DNA of 64,000 nt, from the IMG/VR virus record IMGVR_UViG_3300042547_000432. One strand, given 5' to 3'. Below, piece by piece: positions 33,877 to 42,743 of this stretch. The position numbers were made by a program, and so were the translations under genes. Positions within the stretch are counted from its first letter, which is position 1, and the number at the start of each line of letters is the position of its first letter. The notes under the pieces are model-generated. The model worked only from the letters and a program-made list of their open reading frames with translations, was not told the origin of the DNA and made no database searches. The stretch is from a virus.

Positions 33877-36519
33877 TTACACAGTACAATCATCACAATT
33901 GCCATCGGGACAATCAACAACTTCAGCTGTTCCGAATGGAGCAATACCTTGAGTATATCTATCAAACAATTCTTGCTCTAAGCAAGAGAAAGATGGAATT
34001 GCTAGTGCTCCATTGCCACCACCACCAATGATTTCTATCGTAGGAAACTCATCGAAGGTTTTAATTTTATTTATTATCTTGATGTTACTCACATATCCAT
34101 TTGTAATTTCTGCTTGTGCTACAGTTTTCTCACCATTTACATAGATGATTGGAGATGAAGTGTATCCATATCCTGGTCTGATGACAATGAATCCATCTAT
34201 GAAACAGTTTGTACCTGATGGTTTATTAGGAACATAACCTGATCCAGGGCGTTCAACTTTAACCTTAACGATCTTCCCGTTTTCATCCACAACCGCAGAT
34301 GCTGATGCTCCATTTCCCTCACCATAGATTCGTATGAATGGTGGTTTAATATAATTATCTCCAGGATCAACGATAGGAATATCAAGTATCCTTCCCCTAT
34401 CATCTACAATAGGTGGACCAAAAGTAGGTGGAATAAATTCTCTATCTTCTGGAGTTGTGGGTGTGACTGGAGAATCATTATAGATTGTAAAGTCTACTGT
34501 CACGCCTGGTCCCAAAACACTAAACGTAACTACTTCTTCTGTGGAGACACTAATGTTTTCAGAAATTGTAACTGTAGTAACAGCAACGTTTCCGACCATT
34601 CTCATTTTTCCTACCGTTGTACCACCAACAAAATCACGACTCTCAACATTGCCGAAGAGTAAGAAATCATACTCAGTTCCATCAGGAACTGAACCAGAAG
34701 AAACAGCAAGGGTAAAAGCAATGTTTTCTCTTCTTGTTACTCTTGTTTTGTTAGCGATTAGAGTAAACAATAGTGGATCTGGTGTGCCAGTAGATACGGG
34801 AGAGAATACGTTAGTTGATGAACCAGACATTATAATATCTTCTTCTCTTTTCAAATCAATAGAAACTCTAGCATCTACATTTGTTTCTACTGTTGATACA
34901 CCACTAATTACAATCGTGTCAAATTCATCTTCCTCTACATTCACTGGGGGGAATACTGCCACAGGCACTGGATCTGTTGGAGTGGGCGTTGTTGGTTCTA
35001 CATACTCTGGCACCTCTGGGAATGGCGATGGCGGTTCTGGTTCTGGTGGTATGACAGGTCCAGATGGTGTGCCAGGAATACCTCCACCAGGAACTGCTGT
35101 AGTAGGTTCTGGGCAAGGCAAAGAATACGCTTCCTCACAAGTTGTCTGTAACTCAGAGACACCCTCAGAAGCAATCTTATCTATCAAAGCATCTAGTTTA
35201 GCGAAGTCATCTGCTCCAGGTTTTTTCTTTGCTCTCTTATTACATGCGGATTTCAGTTGCTCTTCTGTTAAACATTTTTCTCCTGCTCCAGAGCAACTGA
35301 TACCAAGGAGTTGAAAGATGAATTGTAGAGCTGCTCCAAGAATATTCAATGGACTTGCTATGATTCCAAGCAACGCCTGTAAAGGACCGAGAATAGATGA
35401 TACAATACTCTCTAGAAAACTTGAGATTTGACTTAAAATTTGTGAGATGATTCCTTCAATAACACATGTTGCTGCGTTAACTGCCTCAAGCAACAGATTC
35501 GTCAATAGATTAGTCAAGAAATCAAATAACTTTTCCTCAAGGTCAGCAATCTGACAGTTTAGTTTTCCTAATTGTTCATTCAACCACTTGGTTAATTTAC
35601 CGAGAACTCCCAACCTTCTCTTCTTAATAACTGTACCAGTCTTAGGGTCTTTGAGCGATTCTGGTGATGGAATACCAAGCAAAAATTTTACAACTACTTT
35701 GACACCTTGCTTTAAAAGAGAATGTAACTTTGCTTTAGCTGCTTCAACATATGTTCTTGCGATGCCATTTATTCTACTGATATATCCCTGTGCTGTTCCA
35801 GCATAGTCAACTACAGTCCCTGTTGTACTACTCAACATTTGTGTGCCAATCTGCCCACCATTTTTCGAGACGCTGCCCAAAAATTCTGTGAGCGTTTGCT
35901 CCATCTTTGTCTTAACTGTGTTTGTTTTCTTACACAGTGGGTCAGCAACACCAACACAGAAGTAAGAACCTGCTGGATTGCCTACAGTTTTTTCTCCATT
36001 TGTTCCAGCAGCAAGAGTTGATGGTGGTAGTTGTGTTGTGGCGGTTCCTGTTGTTTGATTCGCTGCTGCGTCTTGTGCTCCAGCTGGCAACGTTACGGAT
36101 GGGTTTGTTGGTGGAACATAACGTTGATATGATAAACAAGCATCAGCAGGGACTGAAGTTTCAATTGATTTATTTTTCGAAGAATTATATACCTTTGCCA
36201 TCTGCCCCATGATGACGGGGTGTTGTCCAGTAGCACCATCAAGAAAGAATCCCATTACCCAATCACCTTTCTGTAATCTTACAGGAGAATGATTGCTCTT
36301 TCCTTCACTTGATGTGTGTGTCACTGGCATTAGCACAGTAGCCCAAGGCAAATCCTCATAGGGAACAGATGTACAACTCTTTAGATGTTGCCCTACGATT
36401 CTTACTTTATATCTAAAAGATGCCTTTGGGTCTTTGTCTGTTTCAACTTGCCCAATCCACCAATAGAATCCGTCTTTACCTGCGAATCCAATTGGTGTAT
36501 TTAATTCAGGTAACAGCAT
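33877..36519 (-). CDS. g5: gp5 baseplate hub subunit, N-terminal OB-fold part with Pro-rich and Ig-like extensions
   Basis: FYWWIGQVE..RYKVRIVG.H..LPWATVLMP..GDWVMGFFLDG..Q.PVIMG. No lysozyme domain recognised. Confidence 0.85.
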   Translation of the reverse strand: MLLPELNTPIGFAGKDGFYWWIGQVETDKDPKASFRYKVRIVGQHLKSCTSVPYEDLPWATVLMPVTHTSSEGKSNHSPVRLQKGDWVMGFFLDGATGQHPVIMGQMAKVYNSSKNKSIETSVPADACLSYQRYVPPTNPSVTLPAGAQDAAANQTTGTATTQLPPSTLAAGTNGEKTVGNPAGSYFCVGVADPLCKKTNTVKTKMEQTLTEFLGSVSKNGGQIGTQMLSSTTGTVVDYAGTAQGYISRINGIARTYVEAAKAKLHSLLKQGVKVVVKFLLGIPSPESLKDPKTGTVIKKRRLGVLGKLTKWLNEQLGKLNCQIADLEEKLFDFLTNLLTNLLLEAVNAATCVIEGIISQILSQISSFLESIVSSILGPLQALLGIIASPLNILGAALQFIFQLLGISCSGAGEKCLTEEQLKSACNKRAKKKPGADDFAKLDALIDKIASEGVSELQTTCEEAYSLPCPEPTTAVPGGGIPGTPSGPVIPPEPEPPSPFPEVPEYVEPTTPTPTDPVPVAVFPPVNVEEDEFDTIVISGVSTVETNVDARVSIDLKREEDIIMSGSSTNVFSPVSTGTPDPLLFTLIANKTRVTRRENIAFTLAVSSGSVPDGTEYDFLLFGNVESRDFVGGTTVGKMRMVGNVAVTTVTISENISVSTEEVVTFSVLGPGVTVDFTIYNDSPVTPTTPEDREFIPPTFGPPIVDDRGRILDIPIVDPGDNYIKPPFIRIYGEGNGASASAVVDENGKIVKVKVERPGSGYVPNKPSGTNCFIDGFIVIRPGYGYTSSPIIYVNGEKTVAQAEITNGYVSNIKIINKIKTFDEFPTIEIIGGGGNGALAIPSFSCLEQELFDRYTQGIAPFGTAEVVDCPDGNCDDCTV

Positions 36520-36521
36520 GA

Positions 36522-36734
36522 TTAGTTATCATAAATTCTACACTCTAAAGCATTTGGATTCTCATCGCAAAATAATTCAAATGGAGTTGGGTCGTGCTGA
36601 GTTTCTGGGTGTCTCTCCAGAAATTTTTCTAGTGCTTCTAATTCTTCTTCAGCATGTCTTCTTGCTTGCGATGACACTAAAGCATCATCAATTATTTTTT
36701 TGTCGTGTTCAATATGTTTGTGAATGTTTTCCAT
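36522..36734 (-). CDS. cp12: CP12 Calvin-cycle inhibitor, phage type with C-terminal Cys pair only
   Basis: PTPFELFCDENPNALECRIYD. Confidence 0.9.
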   Translation of the reverse strand: MENIHKHIEHDKKIIDDALVSSQARRHAEEELEALEKFLERHPETQHDPTPFELFCDENPNALECRIYDN

Positions 36735-36735
36735 C

Positions 36736-38139
36736 TTAACTACCTAAGTTGTCTCGTATTAATTCCACATTTGAAACGGCAACAAGTCCTACGTTATTAT
36801 CTCTTAGAACTTCATAAGATATTTTACTAATTAAATAAACTCCACTATTAGCTTTATCAAAAAGTTCTTTCTCTCTTTCTGATGCGAGAGATTGATTTGG
36901 TAACTTAACTTTTAACTTATCGCCTGCTCTTAATTCTAAATTCAATGGTATAGTAATATTTAGTACCTGATTTTTCATTATCATACTTCTGCTAATAGAT
37001 TGTGCCATCCATTGTTTTTTGAAGTCTGGATATGGTGTTGCTTGCCCGCCAGAAGATTGTGTTGGGTCAGCGATACCAAAACCAGAATAGAATGTTTCAT
37101 GATCATAGAACTGAAGCATTACTCTCGATGGGTACTGTGAAAAGTTTTTAATCTGATCAGGAATCTTTTCATCAGTGCCGAGATGTTTCATCTGTTGATA
37201 TTCTTTTTCCAAGGAAAATTTATACTCTTCGTATTCTAATGATGATGGATTGAAGAAAGAAATTACAGAACCATACACACCATATCTCATTTTCTGTAAA
37301 ATATTTTCTTGACTGCCGAAAGAATAATTTAGTATTTTGTAAGTGTTGTTTTCGGTATTTGACTCTGGTGTTTGAGCAATTGAATACGCATACTCTTTAT
37401 GTTTTTCTGGGTCCGATACTAACTTATCAATAGATTTAAAAACGTATCCATCGTATGTTTCAAAGAACTTATAACCAGCACTTCCAGAAATTATCTTTGT
37501 TGTATCAGGAACATCGGATTTTATTGCTCCTGGATTATCTGTTTTAGTTGTTTTAGATGCCGCTGCTTTTTGTTGTGGATTAGCAGCACTTGACACACAC
37601 TCGGGGAGTAAAGACGCTATCATGTCAAAAGGTCTTTTCATAGATGGAATTTCTTTTGTCTTATATTTACAAGTTTCAAAGTTGGAAGATTTAATTTTAG
37701 ACCCCGCTTCTAGATAATTTGTTAGTATATCTTTTACAATAGTGTCTCCAGTGCCTTCTACTTTTTTACCAATACGAAGGACTTCATTCTTAAGTGCTTC
37801 CATGGTAAACAAATCTAAGATATACATCTGAGTATTTCTAGAAACAATTCTATTTCTTATGCCATAAATTACAAACTCATACTTGTATTCCGTTTTTGAA
37901 ATTGCTGGAACTTGTATTTTTATGACAACTTTTTCTGTTCCTACAATTGGTGCGGTGGCAATCAAGTTAGTCGCGGTATCAATTAATGTTAATTCTGCTG
38001 CCATGGTAGGCATATCAATTCCTTCATAGATACGAATACTTTCAATCTGAGCTGCTGGTTTCGAACCAGTAAGGATATACTTCTTACCTTTTAATCCTTC
38101 AATGTATACTTCCTTTACTACCGCATTTAAATCGTTCAT
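36736..38139 (-). CDS. Baseplate hub protein (probably gp27-like)
   Basis: Position just upstream of g5; IYE.I..P...A.L.L.D, LPIVG.E.V.I, FFET.DGY.FKSID.L, LRAGD patterns. Confidence 0.6.
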   Translation of the reverse strand: MNDLNAVVKEVYIEGLKGKKYILTGSKPAAQIESIRIYEGIDMPTMAAELTLIDTATNLIATAPIVGTEKVVIKIQVPAISKTEYKYEFVIYGIRNRIVSRNTQMYILDLFTMEALKNEVLRIGKKVEGTGDTIVKDILTNYLEAGSKIKSSNFETCKYKTKEIPSMKRPFDMIASLLPECVSSAANPQQKAAASKTTKTDNPGAIKSDVPDTTKIISGSAGYKFFETYDGYVFKSIDKLVSDPEKHKEYAYSIAQTPESNTENNTYKILNYSFGSQENILQKMRYGVYGSVISFFNPSSLEYEEYKFSLEKEYQQMKHLGTDEKIPDQIKNFSQYPSRVMLQFYDHETFYSGFGIADPTQSSGGQATPYPDFKKQWMAQSISRSMIMKNQVLNITIPLNLELRAGDKLKVKLPNQSLASEREKELFDKANSGVYLISKISYEVLRDNNVGLVAVSNVELIRDNLGS

Positions 38140-38142
38140 TTT

Positions 38143-40590
38143 TTAATTCCCCCAAGGATTAATGGTCAACACAGAAAAAGCTATTCCACTACCAAAAGCA
38201 TCACCAACATAAGAACTTGTTGATTGCCCTTCATCATTTGATACTGGTATAATAGGAGCTGGTCCAGCTTGCTGATATAAATTTATAATGGTAGCAGTAT
38301 CCAAACCATCAAATGGTTGTGCTGTTGGAGTAGGCACAGATTTGGCAGGAGATGATCGTGGTGCTACTGCCGTTGCTGTTGGTCGTGGAATCAAATCATC
38401 CCCAACAACAGTAGGTTGACCAGGAAATTCTTTATCGGTTCCTAATAAGTTTCTTCCTTGTTGTCTCATTTGTGACGCAGTAATCATTCTCCTGATGTCA
38501 CCCACATCATCTGATATGCCTGATTGTTTTACTGACCCACCTTTCTCATAATTTCTACCCATCATTTCTTGTATAGCTTTATTTGTATTTGCTGTTCTAT
38601 CAGCAAGTCTACCCATTGGAGCATCGGAATAGATGCCAGTCTTTCCTTGTTCAACTGACTTCATACCTGTTACCCACCCTAAGAAATCCCACCAAGGTTT
38701 CTTGACAACGCCACCTTCTTTCATTGATGGTTTGATAGTTCCTCCCCTTTCTTGATCACCTCTAACTCTAGAACTTCTTGCGTTGGAGATGTCTGTTTCT
38801 GCTATCCACTTGAAAGTATTTTTAGCACTCTCTGGCATATGAACACGCATAAAAGCTCTCACTTCATTAAAAGCTTCCGTAGCAATAGCACTGTTTTGTA
38901 TATTGCCAGCACCATCTTTCTTTCCTTGGTAAACCATTTTCGGTGCCCAATTAAATATTCCTGGTTTTTCCCAAACTTCAAAAGACCCATTGCCGCTGTT
39001 TAATAATATATGATGACTTTTATTCCACTTTGATTCTGAACGGAATGGTAAGTATCTTTGCTTTACTTCTTTATTTTCTAAATGTTTTCCTTCTTCGACT
39101 GTTAGATCTGGTATAGCCGCGCCCTTTTGACTGGTTGGATCGGAATACTTACCGTCCATTGGTTTTTGATTTCCATTTGAAGGTGGTGGAGATGCTGGAT
39201 TGCCAGATGGATTTGATTGTGGTGGAGTAACTCCTGGTGGAGGTGTAGTTACTGTAGGATTTGGTGTTGTTCCTTCTGTTTTCTCTTCTTTTTTCTTAGC
39301 CCCCAATGCTTCTAAAGATCCAGCAATTAAATTTTCTAAAAACTTATCTCTTGTTTTTTTGGCACCAGCATCTTCTCTAAATCTACCACCACCAACTTTT
39401 ATGTTTGGAAGTGTTTGTGACATACCAAATGTTCTTGCTAAATTAGAAATGTCTGGACCTAGTGCTTGTGCGACTGGAGCACCTAATGGTCCCATACCTT
39501 TGATGAACTGATCAACTACCGCAAGAGTAGAGGCACCTGATGCTTGCATTCCAGGATCAGATTCGCCCTCTGGAGTGGCAGAAGGTTTAGCATTAAACAT
39601 GCTACGAGCAGATCTCGAATTCAAATCAACGACTGCTTCTTTACCTGCTTCGCCTATCATACTATTCGTTCCACCAGTCATGCCACCAGCAAACTTCATG
39701 GTGCCAGAAGAATGTTTGATTATTGCCCCTGAAGATTTATTTTTATCATTTTCTAATTGTTGATTGACGAGTGTAGGAATTAAAAATCCACCAGTCAAAG
39801 GATTTGATGCTTGTTCTATGAGAACTTTTTCCTTTTGTTTTTCTGTTAATGCTTGACCAGATTTCTTTTCTTTTTCAGTTACTACTCTTTCCGCAGTAGA
39901 TTTAGAATCTTGACTGAGTTTAAATGCACTGAGAGTAGTAGCAATTATAGGTATAGTGAGAGGATATTGTATGGCAGTTCTTAATCCACCCATAATACCA
40001 GCACCAATACCCATATCACCAGCACGTTGTAATAAAGCACCAGTAAGTGTGCCACCACCATCTGCGCTGCCACCACCTCTTCCACCACCCGTTGCTCTCG
40101 GTGCACCCGTTGCTCTCGGTGCTTTACCAACACCACCGCCTGGTCTCAATGATTTAACACCAGAAACTATAGAAGATTGATTCTCAAGTTGATCTGATAG
40201 AATACTTGTGATTGCTTGTACACCAGTAGCCGTGAAGGATTGTGCTTGTAACTGCTGATTTAAAATGTTGGTTATGGCAGCAAGACCACCAGCAAGACCA
40301 AGAGTATCTGCTGTAAGAGATCCAAATCCTTCAGTTAAAATTTTAGCAAGACCAGTAGCACCACCAGAAGTTCTTGGTTGTTTACTCTCTACTTCCTCTG
40401 CTTTTCCTTTGTCTGGTTTAAATAAATTAGTAACTGAAGATAGAGCACCTGTCAATAAGTTAGTTGACTGTTGTGGTGTATCTTTCTTGGATTTTTTCTT
40501 CTTGCTTTTATCTTTCTTCTTCGCTGCCTTTCTACTTTGAGTAGCTTTAGATAGTATAAAACCTGTTAAAGTATTATTTTCTGCTGGCAT
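38143..40590 (-). CDS. 815-aa hub/tape-measure-like virion protein
   Basis: Ala/Gly-rich; FAGG..MIGEAGKEAVV motif; K-rich N-terminus; GATAAATA late motif upstream. Confidence 0.6.
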   Translation of the reverse strand: MPAENNTLTGFILSKATQSRKAAKKKDKSKKKKSKKDTPQQSTNLLTGALSSVTNLFKPDKGKAEEVESKQPRTSGGATGLAKILTEGFGSLTADTLGLAGGLAAITNILNQQLQAQSFTATGVQAITSILSDQLENQSSIVSGVKSLRPGGGVGKAPRATGAPRATGGGRGGGSADGGGTLTGALLQRAGDMGIGAGIMGGLRTAIQYPLTIPIIATTLSAFKLSQDSKSTAERVVTEKEKKSGQALTEKQKEKVLIEQASNPLTGGFLIPTLVNQQLENDKNKSSGAIIKHSSGTMKFAGGMTGGTNSMIGEAGKEAVVDLNSRSARSMFNAKPSATPEGESDPGMQASGASTLAVVDQFIKGMGPLGAPVAQALGPDISNLARTFGMSQTLPNIKVGGGRFREDAGAKKTRDKFLENLIAGSLEALGAKKKEEKTEGTTPNPTVTTPPPGVTPPQSNPSGNPASPPPSNGNQKPMDGKYSDPTSQKGAAIPDLTVEEGKHLENKEVKQRYLPFRSESKWNKSHHILLNSGNGSFEVWEKPGIFNWAPKMVYQGKKDGAGNIQNSAIATEAFNEVRAFMRVHMPESAKNTFKWIAETDISNARSSRVRGDQERGGTIKPSMKEGGVVKKPWWDFLGWVTGMKSVEQGKTGIYSDAPMGRLADRTANTNKAIQEMMGRNYEKGGSVKQSGISDDVGDIRRMITASQMRQQGRNLLGTDKEFPGQPTVVGDDLIPRPTATAVAPRSSPAKSVPTPTAQPFDGLDTATIINLYQQAGPAPIIPVSNDEGQSTSSYVGDAFGSGIAFSVLTINPWGN
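40087..40122. repeat. Perfect 18-bp tandem duplication (APRATG x2)
   Basis: ACCCGTTGCTCTCGGTGC occurs twice. Confidence 0.95.
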
Positions 40591-40615
40591 TTCTTTACAG
40601 GTCTCCTACTTGTTG

Positions 40616-40623
40616 TATTTATC
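40616..40623 (-). promoter_or_regulatory. Late promoter variant GATAAATA
   Basis: At the stop of 40619..42742, upstream of AGGAG and the ATG at 40590. Confidence 0.55.
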
Positions 40624-42742
40624 GAGCACGTCTCATTCCTAACTCTCTTTTTAACTTATGAGAATTAAAAATTAAATTGGGGATAAAAGTAATCGCACTC
40701 TGAACTTGTTGTACAAAATTTGGTTGACTGGGGGAAGACATATTGTTCACAATAATTCTGTTTGATGATTGCGATTGTGTGGAAGGTGTTCTTGTTTGAG
40801 ATGATATCATCTTAGGAACTGGTGCTGGTTTAGGTAACTTAGCATCATAAAACCATCCATGAAAATTATATCTTGGTCCTCTTGTAACATCTCCAGGTTT
40901 CATATATGGTTTTTGACTTTCTCCCATAAAGTCTGTTCTACCACCAATAAATCTTTGTGCCTCTCTTTGTAATGATGGATTTGTTATTGATTGAGCCGCC
41001 ATATCTACCTTCTGTCCATTTCCAGCAGCAGCAATAGCAGATTTCCTATCTCTTATTGCTGCCCACACGCCAGCGTTATGGAAAGTAGGTTCGAACTGAC
41101 CAGGAGCAGTAATGATAGCACCTATAGATTTACCACCAGGGTATGTTCCTATAGCAGCACGATTATACAACGCTTGGGCTATATCAGCTTGTCCTTGTGG
41201 ATGTAAACTATCTTCCTTTGAAGCTAAAGCAGCAATCTTCCAGAAATCAGCAGAACCACCAGTAGAAAATTCATTCACACGTTGAGTGTTAGATCCCATA
41301 GCAATTTGTCTCCATCTTTTTGATACTCCGAGAGGATCTTTAAAAATATCATATCGTTTATTTTTAACAGGATATACCTGAAATCCTTCACTACTTTCAA
41401 CAACAATTTCAGAACCATGTAGTGTAACTGGCATCCCAAGAATTGTGGTATCATATCCACCATCTGGTCCAGTAATTAAATATGGTGTTCCTGGTGATAT
41501 GTTTTTACCTATACTTGCTCCTTCCTGTAGTTTATATTTTTTCTTTTTCTCTTCTACGTGTGCGTCTAAATCTGATCTAGTAATTTTTCCATCTTGGTTA
41601 TAATCCAGACCGACGTTTGCTTCATAATATCTTTCTCCTTTGACTGTCAAAACATCTTCTTTAATAAATGCTGGTAAAAATACTGCGGCATATATTTGCC
41701 CACCTGTAGCACCTTGAGGTAATTTGTTATCAAAATATTTTTCTACATATTTCATTTGCTGCGCTCTAGTCATGCGAGCAAGTTCATCCGTAGATGTTCC
41801 CAATCCAGCTGCTGTAGAAGGAATGAATTGTATTAATCCAGTTGCTCCGCTTTTGGGGTTTCTAATATCTGGTTTTAATGTTCCACCAGTTTCAACTAAC
41901 ATCACCGCAAGAAGATCATTGGCATTGATATTGAATTTTTTTGCTACTCTGTTTAATTCTGCTGTAAATTCTGGATCGTCCTTCCAGTTTGCTGGAACAA
42001 ATCCTGACGGTCTATTTGGATCGGTTGGATCTATTGTTCTATCAATAAACTTTTTAATAAAATCCTCATCACCTAAAAATTGCCCCCAAGTTTTACCAAA
42101 ATCTCTTTGCTGTTGATTTAAATCAAGCATCGCGGCTTGTACAGGACCACCCACCAAAGAATTAACAACGCTATCAGTAATACCTAGAGCAACTGAAAAT
42201 GGTTTTACAATACTATTCAGATATGGTTTGAAAAATCCCCCCAAAGAACCAGATGATTTTATAAAATCACCGAGCACAGATAGAGCAGCAATACCAGATG
42301 CTTGTAATGGCAGTGATAATGTATCTGCGTATGGTTGTAATTGTTTTTCTTTTCTTTCTTGTTTTGTTTGCCCAGGAACAACACCACCGCTTGCCATTTT
42401 ATTTGGCGATGATGGTGAAGGTGTTTGTGGAGATGGAATATTTAATTCTTCTGGTGTTTTCTTGGGAAACTTAGATATTTTTTCTTCTACTTTATTGTAA
42501 AATAAATTTTCAAGCAATGCGTTCTTAGAAAACATTGCTGCAATAACGCTTACTTTATTGGCAATTTCATTTTCTATTTCAATTGCTTCGTTTCTTAGAT
42601 CAATTTGCTCATTAAGTTTTTCTAAATTTTCTTCCGATTTTTCAGTTAAAGAATCGAATTCTAATTGTAAAGATTGTTCAAAACTTAGTGCTTCCTCTCT
42701 GTTTTGTTTTGCCTTCGCAGCAATTTGCTCATTGAGGTTCAT
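40619..42742 (-). CDS. Hub-associated protein with lytic transglycosylase (SLT-like) and SleB-like hydrolase domains
   Basis: LLAVMLVETGG..NPKSGATGLIQFIPSTA..RAQQMKYVEKYF; and ALASKED..QGQADIAQALYNR..IITAPGQFEP. Confidence 0.75.
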   Translation of the reverse strand: MNLNEQIAAKAKQNREEALSFEQSLQLEFDSLTEKSEENLEKLNEQIDLRNEAIEIENEIANKVSVIAAMFSKNALLENLFYNKVEEKISKFPKKTPEELNIPSPQTPSPSSPNKMASGGVVPGQTKQERKEKQLQPYADTLSLPLQASGIAALSVLGDFIKSSGSLGGFFKPYLNSIVKPFSVALGITDSVVNSLVGGPVQAAMLDLNQQQRDFGKTWGQFLGDEDFIKKFIDRTIDPTDPNRPSGFVPANWKDDPEFTAELNRVAKKFNINANDLLAVMLVETGGTLKPDIRNPKSGATGLIQFIPSTAAGLGTSTDELARMTRAQQMKYVEKYFDNKLPQGATGGQIYAAVFLPAFIKEDVLTVKGERYYEANVGLDYNQDGKITRSDLDAHVEEKKKKYKLQEGASIGKNISPGTPYLITGPDGGYDTTILGMPVTLHGSEIVVESSEGFQVYPVKNKRYDIFKDPLGVSKRWRQIAMGSNTQRVNEFSTGGSADFWKIAALASKEDSLHPQGQADIAQALYNRAAIGTYPGGKSIGAIITAPGQFEPTFHNAGVWAAIRDRKSAIAAAGNGQKVDMAAQSITNPSLQREAQRFIGGRTDFMGESQKPYMKPGDVTRGPRYNFHGWFYDAKLPKPAPVPKMISSQTRTPSTQSQSSNRIIVNNMSSPSQPNFVQQVQSAITFIPNLIFNSHKLKRELGMRRAR

Positions 42743-42743
42743 C

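Noticed and set aside
19959-35314. Many 60-257 aa ORFs inside the giant gene and gp5 genes
   Set aside because: Antisense or alternate-frame shadows of Thr/Ser/Gly-rich coding.
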